A stretch of 54,008 bases of DNA, counting the filler, from Sphacelaria rigidula (taxonomy: Eukaryota): assembly GCA_964200075.2 (NCBI GenBank). It is 5 parts of 5 records of this genome, joined end to end, with 100 filler letters (N's around TTAATTAATTAA, not from the genome) between each part and the next. Parts side by side here need not be neighbours in the genome. Positions count along the whole stretch, not along the records: positions 32,468 to 43,188 come from CAXNAA020006028.1; positions 43,289 to 54,008 come from CAXNAA020006029.1; 3 more parts are not named here. One strand, given 5' to 3'. This document shows positions 36,001 through 46,917 of this stretch, piece by piece (the first letter of the stretch is position 1; the number at the start of each line of letters is the position of its first letter). The notes beneath the pieces were generated by a model. It worked only from the letters and a program-made list of their open reading frames with translations, had not been told where the DNA came from and did not search any database. Made by a program: the position numbers and the translations under genes.

Positions 36001-38693
36001 TTCCCACTGCACGTTGTCGGCGGCGAGGGTCAGTGCGACGTGCTCGTACAGCTGTGGGACGAGGATTTCGGTGAGCTGGAGCTTAACAGAGCGGTGTTGC
36101 ACTCGCGCGCGTGTTTGGAACGCATGCGTACCCGTCGAACTGAGATGGTTTGCCTTGGATTCTCTTTTCCCCATGGAAGGATGTTGTGCATATAAACAGT
36201 GAGTCTGATTCGAGGATGTAGTACGTAGCACCACACTGTGCACGTTTCTCCGAATCCGACAAAAGGGCAGAAGAAATCGGTCGCTCGAGGGGTTCGTATT
36301 CTTGTGGAATACCCGTCGGTCTGGTATGTATTCGTGAGTGTTTGTTTTTGTCCACGCTTTTTTTGTTTCAACTTCATGTTGCTTCACTTCGAGGTTGGTT
36401 CTGAAGCTGATAAGAACCCCTCTGGGTTCTGTGTAGTTCCCCCCCTGGGTTGGTCATTCGTTTCGATGGGTGCGATGGCCCGGCGGCGTTTCTTGGATTG
36501 GTCCGAGAAGACTTGCTTAACGAAAAATGCCAACACCGAAACTCGACAGGGAGGCGAGGAGATTTCCTCGGCCAAGCGTTCGTCAAATGGGCGGACCTCG
36601 AGGTCGGGCGCGAGTTGAGCCTCACCCTGGTGCAGCGCGAAGGTGTCCGAGGCAAAGCAGTGAGGGGGACGCTCGACTTGCTCGTCGGAGAGTGGGCGAG
36701 CCAGGTGCGTGGAAAGTAGAGCGCGATAATTTCATGGCGATCTGCACCAATATCCGAGCGTCTGTGTTCCAAGTCGTTTATCTCAGGATCGACAACCTCA
36801 CACCCGCTGCTGCCGCCGCCACTACCGTACTGTGGCTTACGTAAATCAGCCACGCTTTTGTGGCCGTCCTTGACACGCCTACGCATGAAATGTTGCCGTA
36901 CCCACAATCACCCCCACCACCCCTTTTCCCGTTCATTCTTCTGATGCACTCGTGGCCTGTCTCTGGTTCGACCGACTACCGTGTCAGAATCGTCGTCGTT
37001 CGCGTTGGATATTTTGGTCACATGAGGGATTTCTTAGCCAGTAGTGCATGTCCCTTGTCGTTGCTGTTGCTGCTCTCTGTTCTCCACGTCGTCTATCAGC
37101 CCGCAGCCACTCGTTCCCGCCTCGCCTACCTATTGCAGCGGAAAATGGGCACAATCGCCGTACACAATATCCATCGACCCGGAGTTACTCGCAGCTGTGA
37201 TGGTACATGGCCCATGCCCTATACTAGCACTTCCCGCACCCCTTCACCCACGACAGAGTTGCGTCGCCAAGCCCGTCGACCAAACCGACTTCGAAATGCT
37301 TCAGCGAGATTCAAATATCTACCAGCGATCTCTTGTCTCTTGTCACCACATAATATATACTTGTGTGCCCGTTCCCGCGCGCTGTTACGACAGGACGGCG
37401 GCCGTCTTTACGCGGCGCGCACTTCAGCTCCGCAGGTGATATCGACCAAGATGACCACTTCCACCACAGCGCTGGGAAAGGGTGCCGGAGACCTTTCGAC
37501 GGTCGGCGAAACGGCTCAGACGACCGGCACTGCTGCTGCTGCAGCTGGTGATATCGATCAATATGGGAAGCAGGTAGCCGGAGAATCGCCGAAGAAGGCT
37601 GGTGCTGGTGCAAGTATTGATGCTGCTTCCCTGACCGCAGTGGGTGCGGCTGGAATAAAATCAGAGTCTTACTACGTGACTGCTGGAAATGAGGTGTGTT
37701 TGTGCATGTTTGCACGTGTGGTGTGAAGAAGACCGTGAATGGATCGCTTCGAGTATTTCAGTGTGATTGAATAGTTTGTGAACATATGACCGATACACGA
37801 AACCCTCGACGAGTTATGACAAGAAAACGTATGCTGCGTATTGTTTGTCAATCAATGATATGTTGCGGTACGTTGTGTGCGCGTAGCAAGCAACAATTAC
37901 ACAACTCAGCGAACGTAGTATGAAGCAAGAAGCACCAATCAAAATCCGCTAGCAAATCACACCTGTATCGATCGATCGAAGAGGACTAAAGCGAACAGAT
38001 ATGGGGAAAGGTGCTGTCGCAGGTGCTGATCAGTACAAAGCGCTAGTGAAAGAGAAATCAAAGTCGACTTGAACCGAACCGTCATTGCGATGCAAGCAGG
38101 CTGATATGACTGCAACGACGACGAACACGACACCCGGTGATGCTGAGTCTATATCTTCGACCCAAATTGGAACGGAGACCACGACCGTTGGCGGCGAAAC
38201 CATCACGTTCACGACAACGACAACCACCACTAAGACCACGTCATCATCTACGGGAGTCAGCGGATCCACATCGTCAGCATCCATCAATGCGACATCATCC
38301 ACCGGGCCCAGCGGATCATCCACATCCGCAACATCCATCGACGAGGCCGCGACATGTACGGGAACCGGCGGGTATATCGATGCCACTACTGGTGGCGCGA
38401 ATCAGGGTGTGGCATCACCACTCGGAGTAGACCTTTCTGTGTCACAGTCCGCGACGGCCCCCAACGCGGCCGGAAAGACGAAACTTAGAACACGTGACTC
38501 CAGTTTCCGCGAAGACGCATCCTTGAGTGAGACGGCAGCGGTACAGACGGAAGATATCGAAAGCCGGCAGGAGGTTGCCGTGTCCCCCCTAGCCGGGGAT
38601 AACGTCATTACCACCGCCGGTGCAGGAACCACCACAAGTCAAGATAAGGAGGTGGGTACATTAAGTAAGTAATGCTCAACACAGACGTGAAGC

Positions 38694-38724
<31 letters not shown>

Positions 38725-41700
38725 ACCAAAACACCCACAAACCCCCCCCGTCCCAACTCCCCGTTTAATTACTCCCCAAAACGGGAAAGAGGCGCCTTCC
38801 TCCATCCACACATGAATGCACACACATACTCGTGCAGTACCAACTCTGTGTTACATGCATGCACAAGACGGGATAGAGACGCATGTATGCGTATGTTTCA
38901 TTGGCCCTTATTTTGGTTTGTGGTGTCTTTGTTGTGACGGTGAAGCGTGCGTCATGAACACATCTTTCTCCGTCCCTCTCCACCGCCCCTGCGACCTGCC
39001 GACAACGACTGGCATTATGCTTTGCGGTACGCTGTTGCGCTCTGTGTCTCGTACCTCACCACGACTGTCCTCGACATTCCAGGTGTCGTTGACCATTGTG
39101 TCAGCCACGGGTCTCGCCAAGACAGACGTGATGGGGTCGTCGGACCCGTACGCGGTGGTGCTCGTGAACCGCCGCGAGATTGGTCGCACGCGGACCCTAT
39201 TTCGGGCTCGGAATCCCGTGTGGAGCGATCCCCAAGAGACGTTCCCCTTGCGCTTGTCCGGTGGCGCGGATAACTGTGACGTTGTGGTTCAGCTGTGGGA
39301 CGAGGATTTGGGTGAGGAGGGTTGCGCTGAGCGACAAGTTGTTCAAGCTCGTTGGACTGTTGCCTTACAATCCATGTAGCCATTTTCAGTAGGAGCGATA
39401 TATTGTAATGCTACCGGTGTGTCCTACTCGACTCGTCCCGGTGTTTGCCCTATGCTTCCACTCGTAGTTGCGGCTTCAGAAAAAAATATCTACTTTCCCT
39501 TGCGTTCGGCGCGAAATGATACAGATGGACTCTAAATCGAACACTAGAAATATGTAAAACCAAACCCGCCTCTGGGATTCAGCCGTGTTGCACGGTTCAG
39601 GGGTTCGTCAACCAAGTAGGCGGTAGAGTTTCGGAGGTGATTTCGCGAAAACAGAGCGGGCCTGCTGAGATAAAGCGTCATGGTAAACGGTGTTCAAGGT
39701 CAGTCGACGATAATGTTCCGAATGGAGGCCTCGCTCGCACTCACACGGTTTTTGTCCGAGGTGTCTAACTTGCTGTCCGGAAAACCCATGAATCCTCCCT
39801 CCCCACCCCTCTCTTCCCCCGCCGGAAATTGCACAGGAATGCGAGGGGACTTCTTAGGCCAGGCTTCTCTAGCCTGGGGGGACCTCGAGATCGGACGAGA
39901 CCTGAATCTCACCCTGATTCAACGCGAGGGCGCCCGAGACAGACCAGTAGAGGGGACAATCAGGTTGCTGGTGGAAGAGCCGTTACCGGAGGTGATTGAG
40001 CAGGAGCAACGCATTACAGAGGATGCCACGACGACCACCGCAGCGATGGAGCAGCTTTCCAGTGTTGTGACTGCCGAGAAACAGGTGTGTATGCTGGATG
40101 GATACATGTTGTGGTTGGATACTCATCTGACCACCATCCTTCGTCTCAACGCCATCACTTCGCGTTTTCGAAGCATGCAGTCTTCAATTTCAAACAGACT
40201 TGGGTATATATGCTGTTTCGTGCGACGTACAGTCTTTGTAAACTGAGTTTTTCGTCCTCCGTGATGGAAACAAAAGCTGAATGTGTTAAACTAACATATC
40301 TTACGTGGTGAACTTCAGAAAAACCTCGCATTTTTTGGAGTTGTTGTCACATGTTTTTGACATGATCAACACCGTTGATGTGCCATGCACCTACCGCTTG
40401 CTGCCTGTGGGCCTCTCGTCTGGATTTTCGGGATTCCTGCTTCTGTTTCAGGTTTATCTGACAATCGTGTCCGCCGCGAACCTGGCAAAGGCAGACGTGC
40501 TTGGCTCCACGGATCCTTACGCCATGGTGCTTGTCAACCGCCGCGAGATCGGTCGCACTCGGACGCTGTCACACACGCAGAATCCCGTGTGGCGGGAGCC
40601 TCGAGAGACGTTCCCCCTGACGTTGTCGGGGAATCCGGATGACTGTGACGTAGTAGTGCAGCTGTGGGATAAAGATCTCTGTGAGTCTATGTTGCGACCA
40701 TGGTCAAGAGTTTCTCCCGATATCTTGAGCAAGGACGACTTATATCGATTACTTCTGCGCTCGATTCGCACGTACATTCGACATGCTCATATGTAATACG
40801 CTGGTGTGAGCATGCGCCGTCAGTCGAAGGTGTTGCTATGGGATGCTGGAAGCGCGCTGAAGGGATCCGGTCTTGCCCCTGTACATAGACATTCTGCTCG
40901 TCGTGGAGAATTGTCAAGGGTAGCCTCACCCCACAAGTCTTGGGGCGCACGCCCTGAAGTTTCGATATGCTTTGATTTCTTCCGATGTCGGCATTGCTAT
41001 GTGAAACAGGGATGCGCGGGGACTTCCTTGGTGAGGCTGCTCTTAGGTGGGAGGACTTCACGGTCGGACGCGAGTCAACGCTCAATCTCGTGCAGCGTGA
41101 GAGGATCCACAGCAGGCCTGTCCAAGGCACGGTCACAATTTTCGTGGGAGACCCGACGATCGAATTGGCCCAGAATGAAGCAGACATTTCTTCGTACGAG
41201 CAGCTGGCCGGTAGTAGTGTGGAGATCGAACGAGAGGTAAGTGAAGGTGTGATAAAGCGTCGAATAACGTCGTCCGGGTTGTTTGTCGGATATAATCCTG
41301 AGTGTCCGCACACTCGAGCGTGAGACAAGTTCTGTTCGTGCGGTCAGCATCGCGTGTGCCCTTGAAGATGCGGACGGGGTGCTTGCTGCACTGAAGGAGC
41401 GAAGAGCCTAGCCGTTGCTGTTGTCGACCGTTGTTACGAGTAGCGTGGTGGTCCTCGAAATTATGTTCCATGTTTTTCTAGTTTTGTTTCACACTTTGGA
41501 CACCCCATCATATGTAGCCACGTTTCGGCCATTGTCTGTCACATCACTGAACAAATTAGCATTGTGAAATCAATTAAGTCCCCGTTTTGTCCTAGAACAA
41601 GGTCCTGATGTTTTTTCTTCGCCGTCCAAAAATATGCCTTCAGGTGTTGCTGTCGGTGTTGTCAGCCACGGGCCTCGCCAAGACGAGATGGTTCGGCAAA

Positions 41701-42766
41701 GCGGCACCTTACGCGGTGGTGCTCGTAAACCGCCACGAAATCGGCCGCACGCGCACCATTTTCAAGACCCAGAACCCTATTTGGGACGAGCCTAGGGAGA
41801 CCTTCGCCGTGCGGGTGACGGGTAAAGGCGGGGAAGATTGTCACGTCGCGGTCCAGCTGTTTGACGAAGAGCTAGGTAAGAGCGATCAAGATATATACAA
41901 ATCAAGAGAGAGAGAGGGACATACAGACATAAGCATACATGGACAGACAGAATCAGAGGGACAGAGGGACAGAGAGACAGGCAGAGAGAAAGGCAGACAG
42001 ACAGAAACAGCGACGGAGACAGAGACAGAAACAGACCGGGAGAGACTGCGAGAGATGAAGAGAGGCAGAGACGGACGGAAAGAGACATGGAGATGGAGCT
42101 ACGATCCTCCTGGTGACGCCTAGACTGATCCTCGAGACTGCCGTTCAACATAGTGAACGTAACAGCTACTGGACTCGTCATCAAATTGAGTTGCGCATAA
42201 TCTGCGTGCATGAAATCACGTCAAGTACGTCGAGATATTTTCACGGCGGCCGGTTAATAGAATTTTGCTCCACTTGCTTTCTTTTCCACTTCGTAACATT
42301 CGGACAGGGATGCGTGGCAACTTCCTTGGCGAGGCATCTCTAGCCTGGGAAGATCTCGAGGCCGGGCGCCATTTGGACCTAACACTGGGGCAACGACGAC
42401 GCAGTCACGGCACGTCTGTTCAGGGGAAAGTCCAGCTGCTCGTGGAAGCTCCGGTGAAAAAAGTATGCGGCGGATTTTGCCATACGGAAGTTGGGGTAGT
42501 TATTGCCACGAACTACCGTAGCGGTATGCGGTATTTTCAGCTGTGTTGCTCCAACTTTCTTCAGCCGAGATCAAAACCACAACTGGCGGGATTACTATTG
42601 CCTTACCCGATGTATGATGAGGACCCCTGCCGCCGAATGTTGTCGCAGCAGGCCGCTGTTGGTGACGGGGCAGTCACGGAGGCGGCGGAGGGAACTTCTT
42701 CGGCACAGATAGCACCGCCGGCCGGACAGGAGACGTCCGTGATCACAACCGAGCCTGAACCTATCG
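33081..42766 (+). CDS. Multi-C2-domain protein, internal part (at least 6 tandem C2 domains, 14 visible exons)
   Basis: Exons: 33081-33361, 34374-34602, 35101-35324, 35842-36070, 36550-36704, 37436-37693, 38100-38651, 39083-39311, 39837-40084, 40452-40680, 41010-41236, 41644-41875, 42308-42462 and ~42652-42766 (last end uncertain). All have AG/GT borders and compatible phases. C2 motifs include SAxxLAKxDxxGSSDPYAxV, TRTLxxTxNPVW and LWDEDLG|MRGDFLG. Start and stop codons are not in the contig. Confidence 0.9.
41905..42100. repeat. Intronic (GA)n/(GACA)n compound microsatellite
   Basis: agagagagagggac...gacagagagacagg...gagacagagacagaaacagac. Confidence 0.85.
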
Positions 42767-43188
42767 GTACGTTTGCACATATTCCGAGCGTGATCCACAC
42801 CGCTAGGTGAACCATCTCCCGCCGTGATGGTCCTGCGAGTCGTGTAGACCCCGCCAGCACAGGTCGGCTGTCACTACATCCGACCTTGAACGCTTGAGCG
42901 AGTGTGTGTGTATATCTGGAGGGGGGGGGGTCGAGTAACTTTTCCCGCAAAGGAGCCACGTCGAAGCACCAATGCAGGCAGAAAGGTACACGCGAAAGCT
43001 TATGGTGTTCACATGGCACACGTATTCTCTGCACTTGATCGCGTTTCCATACCAAAAAACCTACAATGAGAACGCGGGGTCGTGTATCACACATATCGAC
43101 CCCTGTCTTCTAGGCAATCGACCCCCCCACCCCCCCCCCCCCCCCCCCCCCTCGCCCCCCCCCATCACGCCCACCACGGCGCAGTGGG

Positions 43189-43288
43189 NNNNNNNNNNNN
43201 NNNNNNNNNNNNNNNNNNNNNNNNNNNNNNNNTTAATTAATTAANNNNNNNNNNNNNNNNNNNNNNNNNNNNNNNNNNNNNNNNNNNN
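43189..43288. other. Artificial contig spacer
   Basis: N44-TTAATTAATTAA-N44. Confidence 0.97.
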
Positions 43289-43354
43289 CTAGACTACTGA
43301 CAAGTCAGCGCTGACTTGTCAGTAGTCTAGTTGGTTGTCTCTTAAACCGTCACA
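43289..43354. repeat. Second copy of the foldback mini-element, truncated by the contig end
   Basis: ctagactactgacaagtcagcgctgacttgtcagtagtctag is a perfect palindrome, followed by ttggttgtctcttaaaccgtcaca as at 175-262. Confidence 0.85.
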
Positions 43355-43359
43355 GCACA

Positions 43360-45450
43360 CTGCCACCATCAGATATCTCTGACGTATACGAACTCGTGCG
43401 TAAAGTCACCATTTTTACTACGGATGAAGGCGAACAACTACTCATGCATCACCCCGCGCCTTTGACGGGCGCAATTTTCGTCTCAACCACGGGACGCCAC
43501 GCACGACTACTCGATGACGAACCAACGCGCATACATGTACCATTACTAGTGCGCCCCTGGGTCATGAAAGGCTGTCACACAGACTTGTCATGTCACCTTG
43601 GCGTCACCCGCACCCTAGTGCTCTTGGAACGCTTCTACTGCTGGGTTGGCATGGAAATTTCCACCCGCTTTTGGATTCGGTGATGCTTCAAGTGCCCAGC
43701 CCGAAAACATTTACGGCAGACAGTACGCTGGCCCGTAATGTCTATGGGACTCCCCAACGCCTCAGGCCACCTCGTGTCCTTTGACTACTTTGGCCCTCTA
43801 CCGACCACAGGTCGCGGCAACACCTACATCTTACTCTTCACTGACCGCTTCAGCCGCCACGCGTCCATGTACCCGGTAACCGCTGCAGATTTCACTGCCG
43901 TCGGAACGGCCGATATATTGGTCCACGGCTACATTAAGCACTACGGTTGCCCGAAACGACTCGTTTCAGACAATGGTCAGCAACTTTGCTCAGATCTCTC
44001 TGATGTGCTTTACAAGCTCCTGGGCATCCGCAAATTGTCACGAGCGCCCACCACCCGAACGGTAGCGGTGGTACCGAAAGCGTTAATCACACCATGGCCC
44101 AGATGCTCTCTATGGTCGTCAATGACCGCCAAAATGACTGGGATCTACATCTTCCGCACATTGTGTTGTGCTACAACAGCTCGGTTAACGCCGCCACAGG
44201 CCTTTCCCCGAACGAACTCCATCTAGGACGTTACCCTCGGCTGCCCATCACCGTGTTTGAGCGACGCACGTTCGATGGCCACCAAGGACTGGATCGGGAT
44301 AAGATATTCTATCACGACCTAGCGCATTCACGATAACGCAAAGCGTTTATCCTCGTGCACGAACAACACGCCATCAACGCCTCGCACCTCGAGAGATCCA
44401 GTACTGCTCTTCACAACCTCATGCACAAACCCCATACCTGGAAAGTTGGTGATTGGGTTTGGATCTACAACGGTGTGTCGACCATCCGCCAAGGCACCAG
44501 CAAGGCAGCCAACGAAACAATTTTGAAGACAAAACTGTCCCTCAATTGGACAGGACCATCCAAGACCCTGACAGTCGGACCATCGCCATCATCATCACCG
44601 GATGATAAACCCGTGGGCGACAAACTGCTCTATCTCGACCTGCCTTGCGGCCTCCGGGACAATGACACCAAACTCCGCGTCCCCGTGCACAGATGCAAAC
44701 CCTGCACAAACCCGCATGATACAAGCGATATCCCCAAGTATCTGCCTGCCGGACTCACACAGTACGTTTTCAACAGCTGTTCGACCAATTCCCCGCCCTA
44801 TCATGTTACCACCGACGACGTGACGGAACAAACCCTCCAGTTGACCGTGTCCACTGTCTCCGGCCACCAGATAACCCGTGGTCGTGGTGGCAACATTGCT
44901 GTCATGCATATGACCCACTGGCACAGTCTTCGGAGAGCGTCTTGGGAACGCGGATGCAACCTTCAATTGCACCACCGTGCAATCCTCCTGTACTGGACGC
45001 AATCCCAACATCAGCATCTTGCTTACAACATGAAATATCGCAACATGCGTCGTGGTGCAGCAACCCGCGAACTTCACTGCGATCAGAGACTACGCTTTGT
45101 CGCCGATGGTCACGAGCTTGTACCCACCAAGACTTGTGAGGCGAAGTCCTTCGCAAACCAGCGAATACTACCCAAGAGCAGCTACCTTTGGTTCAAAGGC
45201 GCGACAACCTCTGGTAGTTGGGTCAGACTCACTACGCTAACCTGGTTTCTGCCGACACATACATCGTGCGCTTCATCGATGACCCTGAACCCATACAGCT
45301 CAAGCTCCGGCCAGCACTATACACCACCAGCCCATCTGCACCACGCGGATCCTGGTGCCTTCAGCGGCTCAAGTCCAAAGGACTTCGCTGCGGTCTCCAG
45401 CGCAACATCGACCACACCCACGATGTCCACGCACCGCTTTGAACCACGCT
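43360..45450 (+). mobile_element. Ty3/Gypsy integrase-chromodomain remnant, same lineage as the piece-2 element
   Basis: PWVMKGCHTDLSCHLG; VSFDYFGPLP; TDRFSRHA; SDNGQQL; PNELHLGRYPRLP; WTGPSK; chromo-like TVSGHQITRGRGG...MTHWHSLRRASWER; tail YIVRFIDDPEP...GSWCLQ. Frameshifted. Confidence 0.9.
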
Positions 45451-46392
45451 ACTTCACAGCAACTTTCTTCCCTTCTTTAGTATTTTTGCCCTCCCTTTTT
45501 CACTAGAACCCTACTCTACGACATCCACAACATGACCATCTACATCGGACGACGATCGAAGAACTACCAGGAGCCACCCAACATCTACGACTGCTGGAGC
45601 TCCAGTATCCCCTTCAGGCTGGCGCTCAATCTCGTTGGATCACCGATTTCCATATTTTGGTTCCCTTGCTTCCGACCAACATGCGTTGGTCGCACACTGA
45701 TCTTACCGTTTTTCTTTTTGGATTCCCCCACGTCGAAGTTCTGCTCCCTGTTGTACCACCCTGTCGTCCCCCTTCGTTTTGCTAGGACGCCGAACCAAAT
45801 TGTGCTTCTTCGTTGATTGCTAGCACGCGGAAGCAGTTTGCGCTTGCACGTTTCGAAGCAGTTTTTCTGCTCCTCGAAGCAATATATGCTTCCCTTATTT
45901 TGAGGCGTGGGAGTGGGTACGAGAGTGTTTCCTTAGGTATGCCTTATCAGCCGCTCATAACTTCACGAGTGACAAAAAACCCTGGTTTTCGCTGCTTTCG
46001 ACGATAAACTCTCGCAGCTGTGATAAATGTTTGTCAGGGTGGGTTAGTGCATGAGGAGCATATTAGCCTGTTGTCATACCGCCTCAGACCCGTCGATTAG
46101 TCCGGCTTTGTATTTCATCCAGGCTAGTTTAAGATTGCAGGTCTGTTTAGAGTTGATCAGATACGAGTGTGAACTTGTATAAAGCAGGGATGGTAATATG
46201 GAGTGCTTGGGTATGTCGTGTCATTTCAACGCCACTACATTCCTCTCCCAGCAAGGAAGCCAAAACGGGTGAGACTAATCGCTTGAGCGTGAGAGATTGG
46301 GTACTGTAAAGGCCGACATCAAGTAAGCAAGAAGATATATTATCTACCTACGCGTGACATCCTGATAACTTGACGCATCTGTGTGAGGGTGG

Positions 46393-46603
46393 TGTAATGC
46401 GTGAGAGGACCGCGTGCTTAGAGGACCGCATCGGAATTTGAATATCCCTATGGTGGGGGTTAGTGTTAGGGTTAGTGTTAGGGTTTTGGTCAGGGGAATG
46501 GTACCTCCAGGTACTGACCCGATTGGTTTTGAAAAACGTTGATCCTGCGTTGTTTTGAACTACGGCGCGGTCCTCTAAGCACGCGGTCCTCTCGCGCATT
46601 ACA
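46393..46603. mobile_element. ~210-bp MITE, copy 2 (best preserved)
   Basis: TIR tgtaatgcgtgagaggaccgcgtgcttagaggaccgc / gcggtcctctaagcacgcggtcctctcgcgcattaca; perfect 4-bp flanking duplication GTGG; internal ttagtgttagggttagtgttaggg. Confidence 0.92.
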
Positions 46604-46917
46604 GTGGTACGCAGTGTGAACGTACACTTTTCAGTACCTGTGCCATTTTTGTGCGGCTTGGTTGTCCAGTCTGTTGACTGGCCCCTTGCCTTGCCTAGTG
46701 AGTATGTGCTTGCCTTACATACAGCACAACCTCATTACAGATGTTTCCAAGCCATCGTAATGCCAATCCCGACGTGTTCTCCGATACCTCAACATAATGA
46801 GTGGTTCTGGGGGAAAGTTTTGGGCTCCTGACAATTCAAACCTGACACATATTTTGTGCAACTCTTATCGTGGCGCGACATTGCTGTGGGCTTCCAACTG
46901 TCTCGTTCTTCACGTAC

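Noticed and set aside
36860..37435. N-terminal part of the 288-aa ORF as coding
   Set aside because: Only 37436-37693 has splice borders in phase with the C2 gene; the rest looks like open intron.
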